Assembly (NCBI GenBank): GCA_046758365.1 | Contig: JBHIAC010000005.1 | Span: 1-64,000, forward strand | Origin: a bacterium | GTDB lineage: Bacteria; Zhuqueibacterota; Zhuqueibacteria; Oceanimicrobiales; Oceanimicrobiaceae | Reading direction: 5' to 3' | DNA length: 64,000 nucleotides | In this document: positions 41,655 to 50,911 of the stretch, one piece after another | How positions within the stretch are numbered: the stretch's first letter is position 1 | Layout: each line of letters starts with the position of its first letter | Notes under the pieces: generated by a model | Database searches by the model: none | The model's input: the letters and a program-made list of their open reading frames with translations, nothing else | What the model was told of the DNA's origin: nothing | Made by a program: the position numbers and the translations under genes

Positions 41655-41897
41655 CCTAATATTGCACTATTCTAAAGTTAATTTGTATGAAAGCAGGCTT
41701 TCGACATTAATTTAATTTTAAATTATCAAATAAAGTAAATTTTAATTAGATATCTCGTTTGAATATTTTCGCGAATAAAATGAGTGCATAATTTTTAATT
41801 TTAAAATAATCAATCAATTAACAACTCTTTTTCAGATGATTCTTGAATTTTAATCATTAACCATTCTTCGTGGTATTCTATGAGCTTTAGAAATTGA

Positions 41898-42956
41898 TTA
41901 AGGCACCTCTGTAGGCCATTCTATTTTAGGATAGAATTGGTAAGCAAGAAAATATTGATCTATTACAGCATTCGACCATCGGCTTTTCATGACCATCTTT
42001 TTCTTTTTTATCATTTTAGGCAGATCGACGAATTTATCAAATGTTATGTATTCTTTCCAACTTCCGTCAAACTTTTTGGGCCAATTTTTGGCTAATGGAT
42101 GGTTAGGCATTCTGATACTTTTTACATGCTTTTCATATCTGGTTTTCATATCTATAATGGTGTCAGGTTTTTCTATATTAGCATACTTAACAGAAATACT
42201 TTCTGTTGGAATTTTTTCCCACCCAACAGGAAGCGAACCGTGTCCTCCCCACTGCACATTAATGCGTGCCCTATTGTTATGTTTCCGAGCCTCTTCTAAT
42301 GCTTCTGTTGTAGTTAAAACAGCTCGATGAAAATAAGTATAAACATTAACAACCTCTCCATTTTTGCGATCATATTCTATCCATACTTTTTCGTGATCAG
42401 TTGGATCATTGTCATCAGGATTATCGTGGTCATCGTCCCAGAAAAAACTATATTCAATGAATGGTTTCTCAGGATGCATGATTACCGCCAAATCTTCTAA
42501 TATGAAAAATTCCTTAGGATTTGTATATACCCTGGGAGCTAATTTCAATACCAGCTCAAATTCTTTGTCGCTGACTTCCTGAGGTGGATCTAACTCTAAA
42601 ACCTTTACATATTCTTCACTGGCCTCTTTCAAGCGACGCTTTAAGTGATAAACATAAGCCAAACGATTATGGTAGTATACATTTTGAGGATCCAGGGTCA
42701 ATCCTTTTTTAAAGTTTTTAATTGCATTTTTATAACTTTCTTGTTTATTCGTGGCACCGACCCGGTAAAGATCGATATAAAAATCACCAAGCGAAAAATG
42801 TAGCTTGGACAATTCGTTTATTGTGGTCATAGAAACACTGTATGGGTTGTCTTTTACTGGCTGTTTGTTGGATTGCCCGTGAGCGGCCGATAATACACAG
42901 AATGTAAATATTAAAATACTAGAGGTGGTAAATTTCAAATGATTGGACATTGTCAT
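41898..42956 (-). CDS. exported protein with TPR plus an acidic domain of unknown function
   Basis: Signal peptide (SAAHG), TPR helices, motif FWDDDHDNPDDNDPTDHE.VW...YFH...QWGGHG; RBS AGGAG. Confidence 0.75.
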   Translation of the reverse strand: MTMSNHLKFTTSSILIFTFCVLSAAHGQSNKQPVKDNPYSVSMTTINELSKLHFSLGDFYIDLYRVGATNKQESYKNAIKNFKKGLTLDPQNVYYHNRLAYVYHLKRRLKEASEEYVKVLELDPPQEVSDKEFELVLKLAPRVYTNPKEFFILEDLAVIMHPEKPFIEYSFFWDDDHDNPDDNDPTDHEKVWIEYDRKNGEVVNVYTYFHRAVLTTTEALEEARKHNNRARINVQWGGHGSLPVGWEKIPTESISVKYANIEKPDTIIDMKTRYEKHVKSIRMPNHPLAKNWPKKFDGSWKEYITFDKFVDLPKMIKKKKMVMKSRWSNAVIDQYFLAYQFYPKIEWPTEVP

Positions 42957-43142
42957 TCCTTCTCCTTTTAAAATAAATTTTAGTTAAAACAACATTAGAT
43001 GATTTAATTTACAAAATTTAATAGAAAGGTATCATTTAGTGATGCTATAGCCACTGAAAATCTCTCTAATCACTAATGTATGCACACCGCAGTCTCAAGC
43101 GTTCTTTTAATGAGGTTGGATTTGATTGGAAAAATTTTGTAA

Positions 43143-43209
43143 AATGTAATTAATAATTGTATTGTTGTCAAGATTTTTATTTGAAAAGTCGTTTTTTATT
43201 TTATAAATT
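43143..43209. promoter_or_regulatory. back-to-back putative promoters
   Basis: Minus strand TTGACA (43171-43166), 17 bp, TACATT (43148-43143); plus strand TTGAAA (43181-43186), 17 bp, TAAATT (43204-43209). Confidence 0.5.
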
Positions 43210-43266
43210 ACATTTAATTATTGTCTGAGAATACAATGATAACCCTATAAAGAAATATTTAAACAT

Positions 43267-44067
43267 ATGAAATTTTCATTTTGCCTGGAAACACTTTATA
43301 CCGAATGTCCCTTCATCGAAAGACTAACCGCGGCTAAAAAGGACGGCATAGAGTCAATCGAGATTTGGGGTTGGCGCGATAAAGACTCCGATGTTTTACT
43401 ACACCAGATGGAGAAGCTGAATATAAGTTTAAGCAATATGAGTGGTAATCGCCAATTTGGTATGATCGATCCGTATGAGCGTAGATCGTTTTTGCAAGAA
43501 CTTTCTGAAGCCGCAGCATTTGCTAAAAGCCTTAACTGTTCTACGCTTATGCTTCTCAGTGAAAGTTTAGCTGAAGATGGTGGTGCGGTACCTATTTCTA
43601 CACCGCTTACGTCTCATGAGAAAGTTAAACAAATCATCGCCTGTGGCATCCAGGTCAGCGAACTGGCAGAAAATCTCGATCTTCAAATTGCAATAGAACC
43701 GTTAAATGATATATTAGATCATCCGCGCTTTTTTCTTAATTCCTCACAGCTAGCGTTTCAAATCATCAAAGAAATTAATCATCCACGCGTTAAAGTACTT
43801 TATGATATTTACCACATGGCTATGATGGAAGAGAATATTCTCCGTGACATCGAAGATAATTTCGATTACATCGGTTATTTTCACATGGCCGACAAACCCG
43901 GACGACACGAACCAGGTTCAGGCAACATCGATTTTAGATCCATCTGGTCTCTTTTGAAAACACTGCAGTATGATGGAGTAGTAGGTTTTGAGTTTTATCC
44001 AAGCCGTGGCAATAGTCAAAAAGCTATCCGAATTATCTTGAATTTTATTTCAAATATAATTAATTAA
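43267..44067 (+). CDS. Hyi/xylose-isomerase-like TIM-barrel sugar isomerase
   Basis: IEPLN, LYDIYH, HMADKPGRHEPGSG, VGFEF. Confidence 0.85.
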   Translation: MKFSFCLETLYTECPFIERLTAAKKDGIESIEIWGWRDKDSDVLLHQMEKLNISLSNMSGNRQFGMIDPYERRSFLQELSEAAAFAKSLNCSTLMLLSESLAEDGGAVPISTPLTSHEKVKQIIACGIQVSELAENLDLQIAIEPLNDILDHPRFFLNSSQLAFQIIKEINHPRVKVLYDIYHMAMMEENILRDIEDNFDYIGYFHMADKPGRHEPGSGNIDFRSIWSLLKTLQYDGVVGFEFYPSRGNSQKAIRIILNFISNIIN

Positions 44068-44074
44068 TCAATAC

Positions 44075-45598
44075 ATGCAGGTTGAACTTAGAAACATCTC
44101 GAAATCATTTTCAGGTAATTTGGTGCTAAACGACGTCAGCTTACGAATTGATGCCGGTCAGATACACGCACTTGTTGGCGAAAACGGCGCAGGCAAATCG
44201 ACGCTCATGAAAATACTAATTGGTGTGGAACATGCTGATCATGGTGAAATTCACATTGACGGAATGGTTAAACATTGGCGGCACCCTATCGATGCCCGCA
44301 ATGCTGGGATTGCCATGGTTTATCAAGAACTTTCCCTTATCCCCTCCCTATCTGTCTTTGAGAATATTTTTCTCGGCAGATTGTTACGCAATAAGATGGG
44401 TTTTGTCAATTGGTCTGAAATGAAAAATAAAGTTAAGGCGATTTTTGAACATCTTGACTTTACAATCGACATTAATAATCCCATCGAAGATCTGTCTATT
44501 GCTGAAAAGCAAATGGTGGAAATTGCCCGCGCCATGGCTCAACAGGCTAAGCTCATTATTCTTGATGAACCAACCTCATCACTTTCAGATCAGGACACTC
44601 ACAGACTTTTTGCTCGTATGAGGACCTTAAGCACAAAGGGCGTGTGTATCATTTTCATTACACATCGATTGGAGGAAGTATTTCAAGTTGGAGATCATAT
44701 TACAATTTTGCGCGACGGTCAACTTATTAAATCTTGCCTAATTTCCGAACTGGATATGGACACTGTGGTTCGTGGCATGGTTGGTAGAGAATTGCGCGAA
44801 CAATTTCCAGCTCGAATCCCAACTAAGTATGAAACAGCTCGCCCTCTGGTCCTAAAAGTCGAAAATGCAACTCGGCGAAATGAATTTTACAATGTAAGTT
44901 TCTCCCTTCACAAAGGAGAAATCTTGGGTTTCGCCGGCTTGGTGGGTGCCGGCCGGACAGAATTAATGGAAGCCATTTTTGGGATTAATCAATTGGAGTT
45001 AGGAAGTATTAAAATTAATAGTGAAGTAGTCAAAGTTAACTCACCGACAGCGGGAGTAAAAGCAGGTCTTGGCTTAATCGCTGATGATCGTAAATTGAAG
45101 GGTCTCGTTACAGAAGCCAGCGTTTTGTTTAATTTATCGATGGCAACGCAACTTAAATTTGGAACAAAATGGGGCTGGCGATTAAAAAAACTTGAAGAGG
45201 AAGCTTCTGAACAACTCATCTCAAGATTAAAAGTAAAACTATCCTCAATTCATCAGGACGTTTTTAGACTCAGTGGTGGCAACCAACAAAAAGTGGCCAT
45301 TGGTAAAACTCTAAATACGGAATCTACGATTTTGATCTTTGACGAGCCCACGCGCGGCATCGATGTAGGTGCGAAACGTGAAATATATTTCTTGATTCGC
45401 AAATTAGCAGAAGAAGGCGCGGCAATTATCATCGTCTCTTCTGAACTTGAAGAGTTGTTGGGATTAAGTGATCGCATCATTGTAATGTGTCAGGGTCGAA
45501 TGGCTGGTGTACTTTCCATCGAACAAGCTACACAAGAAAAAATTATGGAAATGGCTATCGGTCTGCATAGCTCAAATGAACTTGGAAATGAAGTATGA
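44075..45598 (+). CDS. sugar ABC transporter ATP-binding protein
   Basis: GENGAGKST, LSGGNQQK, DEPTRGIDVG. Confidence 0.95.
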   Translation: MQVELRNISKSFSGNLVLNDVSLRIDAGQIHALVGENGAGKSTLMKILIGVEHADHGEIHIDGMVKHWRHPIDARNAGIAMVYQELSLIPSLSVFENIFLGRLLRNKMGFVNWSEMKNKVKAIFEHLDFTIDINNPIEDLSIAEKQMVEIARAMAQQAKLIILDEPTSSLSDQDTHRLFARMRTLSTKGVCIIFITHRLEEVFQVGDHITILRDGQLIKSCLISELDMDTVVRGMVGRELREQFPARIPTKYETARPLVLKVENATRRNEFYNVSFSLHKGEILGFAGLVGAGRTELMEAIFGINQLELGSIKINSEVVKVNSPTAGVKAGLGLIADDRKLKGLVTEASVLFNLSMATQLKFGTKWGWRLKKLEEEASEQLISRLKVKLSSIHQDVFRLSGGNQQKVAIGKTLNTESTILIFDEPTRGIDVGAKREIYFLIRKLAEEGAAIIIVSSELEELLGLSDRIIVMCQGRMAGVLSIEQATQEKIMEMAIGLHSSNELGNEV

Positions 45599-46533
45599 AA
45601 TGGTTACGCCAACTCGGACCTCTGCTTGCCTTAGTGGTTCTGATAATCATTCTGAGTTTTACTTCACCTTATTTTTTCACTATTGATAATTTACTAAATA
45701 TTTTTAGACAATCCTCTGTAAATGCGCTTTTAGCTCTGGGACAACTGTTGGTCATAATAACTGCCGGTATTGATCTTTCTGTTGGCTCAATACTCGGTCT
45801 CTGTATTGTTATTGTAGCCAAAGCTTTAAAGGCAGGATGGCCAATAACGAGCAGTATAGCATGCTGTTTCGCTGTTGGCATTGGGGTCGGCTGGCTAAAT
45901 GGCATTCTGCTAACTAAGCTAAAACTTCCACATCCTTTCATCTCTACCCTTGGAACCATGAACGTAGCTCGAGGATTGGCACTTATTATTTCAGGCGGCT
46001 TCCCAATATCAGATTTACCTGACAGCTTTCGCATCTGGGGGGCATCTTCCATTGGTATCATTCCCATGCCGGTTATCTTGGTTTTGTTTGTCTACCTAGT
46101 TTCTCATTTTTTTCTTAATCAATCCATTGCAGGACGGGATATTTACGCTATCGGCGGTAATAAGCAAGCAGCTTTTTATTCTGGAATCCCAGTTAAGCAG
46201 CGATTGGTTATGGTTTATACTCTAAGCGGAACTATGGCTGCAATCGCAGCCATTATTTTAGCAGGTCGTATGAATTCCGGCTACCCATTAGCTGGCATGG
46301 GCGCTGAATTGGACAGCATCGCGGCCGTCATTATTGGTGGAGCAAGCTTTTTCGGCGGTGTGGGCACCGTTTGGGGAACCTTAGTGGGCGCCTTAATCAT
46401 GGGTGTTCTTCGCAATGGACTAAATCTATTGAATGTTTCAACTTATTGGCAGACGGTTGTCATCGGGGCTGTAATTGTGTGGGCCGTGTGGTTTGATGTA
46501 TTACGACAGAGACTTACTAAAAAGAAAGCTTAA
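45595..46533 (+). CDS. sugar ABC transporter permease
   Basis: GIDLSVGS, HPFISTLG, YAIGGN, ELDSIAAVIIGG; ATGA overlap with the ATPase. Confidence 0.92.
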   Translation: MKWLRQLGPLLALVVLIIILSFTSPYFFTIDNLLNIFRQSSVNALLALGQLLVIITAGIDLSVGSILGLCIVIVAKALKAGWPITSSIACCFAVGIGVGWLNGILLTKLKLPHPFISTLGTMNVARGLALIISGGFPISDLPDSFRIWGASSIGIIPMPVILVLFVYLVSHFFLNQSIAGRDIYAIGGNKQAAFYSGIPVKQRLVMVYTLSGTMAAIAAIILAGRMNSGYPLAGMGAELDSIAAVIIGGASFFGGVGTVWGTLVGALIMGVLRNGLNLLNVSTYWQTVVIGAVIVWAVWFDVLRQRLTKKKA

Positions 46534-46561
46534 GGTATCTAACAAAAAAGGAGGTTTTCAA

Positions 46562-47491
46562 ATGATAAAATACAAGGCGATTATTTCCCTGTTAGCGATG
46601 CTCTTATCCCTCTTTATGATAACCTGCAGTAGAGAACAAAAGCAAAGGCTGCAAATAACCATCGTGACCAAAGCTATGGATAGCGAATTCTGGCAAACAT
46701 TACGAGTCGGCGCCATGGATGCAGCAAAGGATTATCCCAATGTCAAACTTTCTGTTTTAGCACCGACACGTGAGATTAATATTGATCAACAAGTTAATAT
46801 CCTTGAAGACCAAATTTTAAAGCATGTTTCTGCTCTTGCCGTAGCGCCATGCGGGATGGCAGAAATTATTCCCGTTTTTGACAAAGCGCACTCGCGGAAT
46901 ATTCCTGTAATAACTGTGGATACCGATATAGACTGGCCAAATAAATTGTCCTATATTGGTACTGACAATCGATTAGGCGGCAGGTTGGCTGGTGAATACA
47001 TTGTAAAAACTTTGAATGGAAAGGGTGAGGTAGCGGTGATTAGAGGAATTCCCGGTGTGCAAACGCACGAGGATCGCGTAGCCGGATTCTTAGAAGCTAT
47101 CCAAAGCGCAAAAGACATCGAGATGGTGACTTTACAGCCTGCAAACAGCGAAAGAGAATTGGCCCTTACGGTCATGGAGAATATTCTAACCTCGCAACCA
47201 GGACTAGATGCGGTGTTTATAACCAGCGATCAGATGGCACTTGGGGCACTTGAGGCCATCGATGCACTTCATCTTAGTGATAAAATAATTACAGTTGGCT
47301 TTGATGCCGGCCAAGAAGCTATCCAAGCCGTGAAAGAAGGGCGATTGACTGCTGTTATTGCCCAGAATCCATATAATATGGGTAAGCAGGCTTTCTTAGC
47401 CGCACTTAAAGCAGCTCAGGGAGAATCTATTGATAGACGTATTGATACGGGTACAACATTGATTGATAAATCTAACGTGGCGAGGTTTTAA
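46562..47491 (+). CDS. sugar ABC transporter substrate-binding lipoprotein
   Basis: Lipobox-like MITC; SEFW, IGTDN, GFDA, IAQNP; ATG 46562 after AGGAGG. Confidence 0.9.
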   Translation: MIKYKAIISLLAMLLSLFMITCSREQKQRLQITIVTKAMDSEFWQTLRVGAMDAAKDYPNVKLSVLAPTREINIDQQVNILEDQILKHVSALAVAPCGMAEIIPVFDKAHSRNIPVITVDTDIDWPNKLSYIGTDNRLGGRLAGEYIVKTLNGKGEVAVIRGIPGVQTHEDRVAGFLEAIQSAKDIEMVTLQPANSERELALTVMENILTSQPGLDAVFITSDQMALGALEAIDALHLSDKIITVGFDAGQEAIQAVKEGRLTAVIAQNPYNMGKQAFLAALKAAQGESIDRRIDTGTTLIDKSNVARF

Positions 47492-47548
47492 AATCATCTT
47501 TGCCAAATTAACCAATTTATCAAATTATTATCAAAAATTGTTTCATTT

Positions 47549-48928
47549 TCAATCAAGTACTCCACTCTCTGTTAGAATCTCATCACAAAGGGATTCCAAT
47601 ACACCCAGGTCGTGGGCAAAATCAAGCACCGTATAGCGATCACGTATATCTTTTGCATAGAGAAAGGCTTTACGCAACTCTTCAGCACTGATGCCGAGTT
47701 TTCGTATGGTGGTGGGAGCCTCTGCTTTAAGAAGAATTTTCCGAATTTCGGCTGAAGGAATGAGGATGGGAGAAAGTTGCTGCCAAATGACTTGCCAATT
47801 TTCTATGATGAAGGCCCATTCCTTTTCTTTTTCTTTAAGAGTCAGATATTTTTTCTTTGCCACAATTACGACTTCTGAATCGAGAGGACCATGGATTTTC
47901 CGAAGTTTTCTCTCTTGGCTCTTCCAATCTAGATAATGGTCACAAAGTGTAGCAATATTGATTTTTTTAGGATCAAGTTGCTGAAGTTTTTCGAATAGCT
48001 TGGATGTGAGGAGCGTTGCTACGCCTACCTGTGCTCCGTGTAGTTTTTCCTCCCTTTCATACCACTGCGCGGTCATATCCCAGTAGTGCGAAATGAGATG
48101 TTCCCCTCCCGAGGCAGGGCTGGACGAACCGGCGACTACCATGGAGAAACCTGAAAGGATAAGGGCTTCGGTCAGAATTCTGATGGCCTTCATCTCGCCG
48201 CTTCCGATAGCAGCCGCGTGGCTTCGGCAAGCCACTTCTACTTCCTTTACTATGCGTAACGGCCACTCGCAGTAATAGTCCCCTTTAATCAGGTGAGCGA
48301 GTTTCCAGTCAGCGTTGGATACCGGTTTTGAAATAAGATCACCTAAACCTGCTAATCGCATCGCTGCTGGCGCCGCTGCGAGAATCTGCAGGTCAGCCAC
48401 CACGACCACTGGCGAATGAGCTGGAATGGTGTACTTAATTCCTTGACTCATGATGGCGGCGATACTTGAGGTGTAGCCGTTCATGGAAGGCGCCGTAGGA
48501 CAGACGAGATATCGCCGACCAGACTGATAACTGGCCAGCTTGACTACATCGTTAATGGTCCCTGACCCTACGGCAATTAGGAAATCGATGGACGGATGAA
48601 TAGCAGCTCGTACATATTCTACATTTTGATCATCCGCTACCACGCTCCCATTCGCACTTGTTTGCATGAATAGAACTTCTACAATATAACCCGCCTTTTT
48701 TAGGATTTCCGTAACTTGCTTCCCAACGACACTCCAAGTGATCTTGTCCACAACCAGAAGAATTCGTTTGCCAGGGAGATGGCACTCACAGCAGGTAGCA
48801 ATATTTTCAATTGCTCCCTCTTTAATGATCACGTCCTGGGTTGGTATAACATGCTTGACCCCACACGTACAGGGAATTGTCTTTCCAAGCAGGCTCGGGA
48901 TAGCCAATTTTTGATTGAATTGATTCAT
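47549..48928 (-). CDS. egsA: sn-glycerol-1-phosphate dehydrogenase (EgsA/AraM family)
   Basis: AVGSGTINDVVK, PTAPSMNGYTS, AGLGDLISK, PASGGEHLISH, LHGAQVG; N-terminal CTCG..H; ATG 48928. Confidence 0.82.
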   Translation of the reverse strand: MNQFNQKLAIPSLLGKTIPCTCGVKHVIPTQDVIIKEGAIENIATCCECHLPGKRILLVVDKITWSVVGKQVTEILKKAGYIVEVLFMQTSANGSVVADDQNVEYVRAAIHPSIDFLIAVGSGTINDVVKLASYQSGRRYLVCPTAPSMNGYTSSIAAIMSQGIKYTIPAHSPVVVVADLQILAAAPAAMRLAGLGDLISKPVSNADWKLAHLIKGDYYCEWPLRIVKEVEVACRSHAAAIGSGEMKAIRILTEALILSGFSMVVAGSSSPASGGEHLISHYWDMTAQWYEREEKLHGAQVGVATLLTSKLFEKLQQLDPKKINIATLCDHYLDWKSQERKLRKIHGPLDSEVVIVAKKKYLTLKEKEKEWAFIIENWQVIWQQLSPILIPSAEIRKILLKAEAPTTIRKLGISAEELRKAFLYAKDIRDRYTVLDFAHDLGVLESLCDEILTESGVLD

Positions 48929-48933
48929 ATATA

Positions 48934-49764
48934 CTACCTTTCCTCCTGCATGGCAAATCCTCGCACAAAGCTCCTCTGAAGAAATAAAAGCAGAATTAAG
49001 GGAGGCAGAAGGGCAATAATAGTACCTGCCATGATTACGTTCCACTCTGCCGCTTGGGCTTCACTGGCGAGCAGCATCTTGATGCCAATCTGGACTACAC
49101 GCATATCATTCGAGTTCGTAACGACCAGCGGCCAGAGATATTGATTCCACATATAGATGAATTCTATCAAAAAAAGAGCTGTGATATTGGTACGAGAAAG
49201 AGGTACCAATATCCGGGTAAGGAACTGCATGGGTCCGGCACCATCGATTCGGGCAGCATCCGAAAGCGAAAGCGGTACGGTAAGAAAAAACTGGCGGAAA
49301 AGCAGGGTGCCGGTGGCACTGGCGAAGAATGGGATGGTAAGGGCGTAGTAGGTATCCACCCACTGAAAGTTTTGCATGAGTTCAAACATCGGTACAATTC
49401 GAATGGGAAGCGGAAGCATGTGAGTAATCAAGATTAGCACGAAACAGAACCCCTGTCCCCGAAATTTCCCAAAATAAGTAAAAGCAAAAGCGGCTAACAT
49501 CGACAGAATGATTTTTCCAAGGGCCACGGCTACTGATATGTAGATGCTGTTGAAAATGAGTCGTCCCATATTAACGCGTTCCCAGGCGGTAGCAAAATTT
49601 TCGATAAGATGGCCACCTGGAAGAAATTTTGGAGGAAAGGCGAAGACATCCTGAAAATTTTGTGTGCTAACGATTAGGGCATAGATAACTGGAGAGGCAA
49701 TTACCAGAATTGAAATAATCAGTAAAACATGCGTCAATAGATTTAAGTAACCTTTTCGATTCAC
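48934..49764 (-). CDS. ugpE: UgpE-like carbohydrate ABC permease
   Basis: ASATGTLLFRQFFLTVP, DAARIDGAGP, WNQYLWPL. Confidence 0.8.
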   Translation of the reverse strand: MNRKGYLNLLTHVLLIISILVIASPVIYALIVSTQNFQDVFAFPPKFLPGGHLIENFATAWERVNMGRLIFNSIYISVAVALGKIILSMLAAFAFTYFGKFRGQGFCFVLILITHMLPLPIRIVPMFELMQNFQWVDTYYALTIPFFASATGTLLFRQFFLTVPLSLSDAARIDGAGPMQFLTRILVPLSRTNITALFLIEFIYMWNQYLWPLVVTNSNDMRVVQIGIKMLLASEAQAAEWNVIMAGTIIALLPPLILLLFLQRSFVRGFAMQEER

Positions 49765-49776
49765 ACTAATTCCTTT

Positions 49777-50658
49777 TTAGCGATAAAATACCCAGCGTCT
49801 GGCAAAGCGGAATTGCAAGAGCGTTAAAATAGCCACAAAAACGAATAGCACAATCGACTGCGCTGAGGCAAAGCCAGTGCGGAGATTCACAAATCCCTCT
49901 CTGTACAGCTTGTATACCAGGATCTCGGTAGCATTTCCTGGCCCGCCCTGAGTCATAACATCGATGAGGCCAAAAACCTCAAAGAAGCCATAGAGGGAAT
50001 TCATGACAAATAGAAAAAAAGTAACTGGAGAAAGTAGCGGAAATATGATATGCCAGAATCGGGTAAACGCTCTGGCACCATCAATCTTAGCGGCGTCCAG
50101 AATTTCCCCATGAATATTTTGCAGCCCGGCTAGAAAAAAAATCACGTTGTATCCAAGCATTTTCCAGGCAGCGGCCACAGTGACAATGGACAAGGCCAGA
50201 TGTCCGTTGGTGCGCCAGTTCGGCATCGTGTCTGTTATCAAAGAAATGAAGTAGGATAGTGCCCCGGTGGAAGGGTCAAAAAGCAGGGCCCAGATGGTGC
50301 CAGCGATGGCTGGAGAAAGCGCATAAGGCCAGATGAGAGCGGTTCGATAAAACGAAATGCCTCGTATCGACTGATTGGCTAACAGGGCGATGCCAAGCGA
50401 AATTGCCAGCCCCAAACCTACAACCGCGCCGGTGAAGACTAGGGTAATCACCAGGCTATTTAGGTAATCAGGGTTCGTAAAGAGATGGATAAAGTTGGTG
50501 AGGCCAATGTAAATAAGACGTTCGCCAAAAGGCGAAACGCGAAAGAAGCTCAAGTAGAGAGACTGAATTGACGGAATTATTAGAAAGACGATGACGATGA
50601 TCAGCGATGGCGCTAAAAGTAAGTACGGGAGTTTTTTTTGCGGAAATTTACCCTGCAT
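49777..50658 (-). CDS. ugpA: UgpA-like carbohydrate ABC permease
   Basis: YRTALIWPYA, AAWK..GYN..FFLAGLQ, DAAKIDGA, PLLSPVTFFL. Confidence 0.8.
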   Translation of the reverse strand: MQGKFPQKKLPYLLLAPSLIIVIVFLIIPSIQSLYLSFFRVSPFGERLIYIGLTNFIHLFTNPDYLNSLVITLVFTGAVVGLGLAISLGIALLANQSIRGISFYRTALIWPYALSPAIAGTIWALLFDPSTGALSYFISLITDTMPNWRTNGHLALSIVTVAAAWKMLGYNVIFFLAGLQNIHGEILDAAKIDGARAFTRFWHIIFPLLSPVTFFLFVMNSLYGFFEVFGLIDVMTQGGPGNATEILVYKLYREGFVNLRTGFASAQSIVLFVFVAILTLLQFRFARRWVFYR

Positions 50659-50911
50659 AATTCCTCATTAACTAAGATTCAAAAAAAAACCTGTAAAACA
50701 CTCAATATCACTGAATAGGTGCTAGGTTATTTTGAGTATTTATTAATTTTAAGGTATTTTAGTAATATTCTAATTGAAGATATTAGATTTTAATCAATGA
50801 CATGAGTTCGAAAAGCTTTCTGCTCAGAAAACCTTTCCAGTGTCTTTCAGTATTTAAGTTCCCAATCCAGTAATAAAGAGCAAAATCTTAGCCTATATTA
50901 AACCGAATTCT

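Noticed and set aside
43143..43214. Inverted repeat AATGTAATTAAT / ATAAATTACATT as an operator
   Set aside because: AT-rich and coincides with the -10 regions of the two divergent promoters, which largely explains the symmetry.
47549..48928. G1PDH as evidence for archaeal-type lipid synthesis
   Set aside because: No GGGP/DGGGP synthase or CarS in the window, and the context is uptake and catabolism; cannot be excluded genome-wide.
50659..50911. Riboswitch or ncRNA between ugpB and ugpA
   Set aside because: Only a weak AT-rich imperfect inverted repeat; no recognisable conserved RNA motif.
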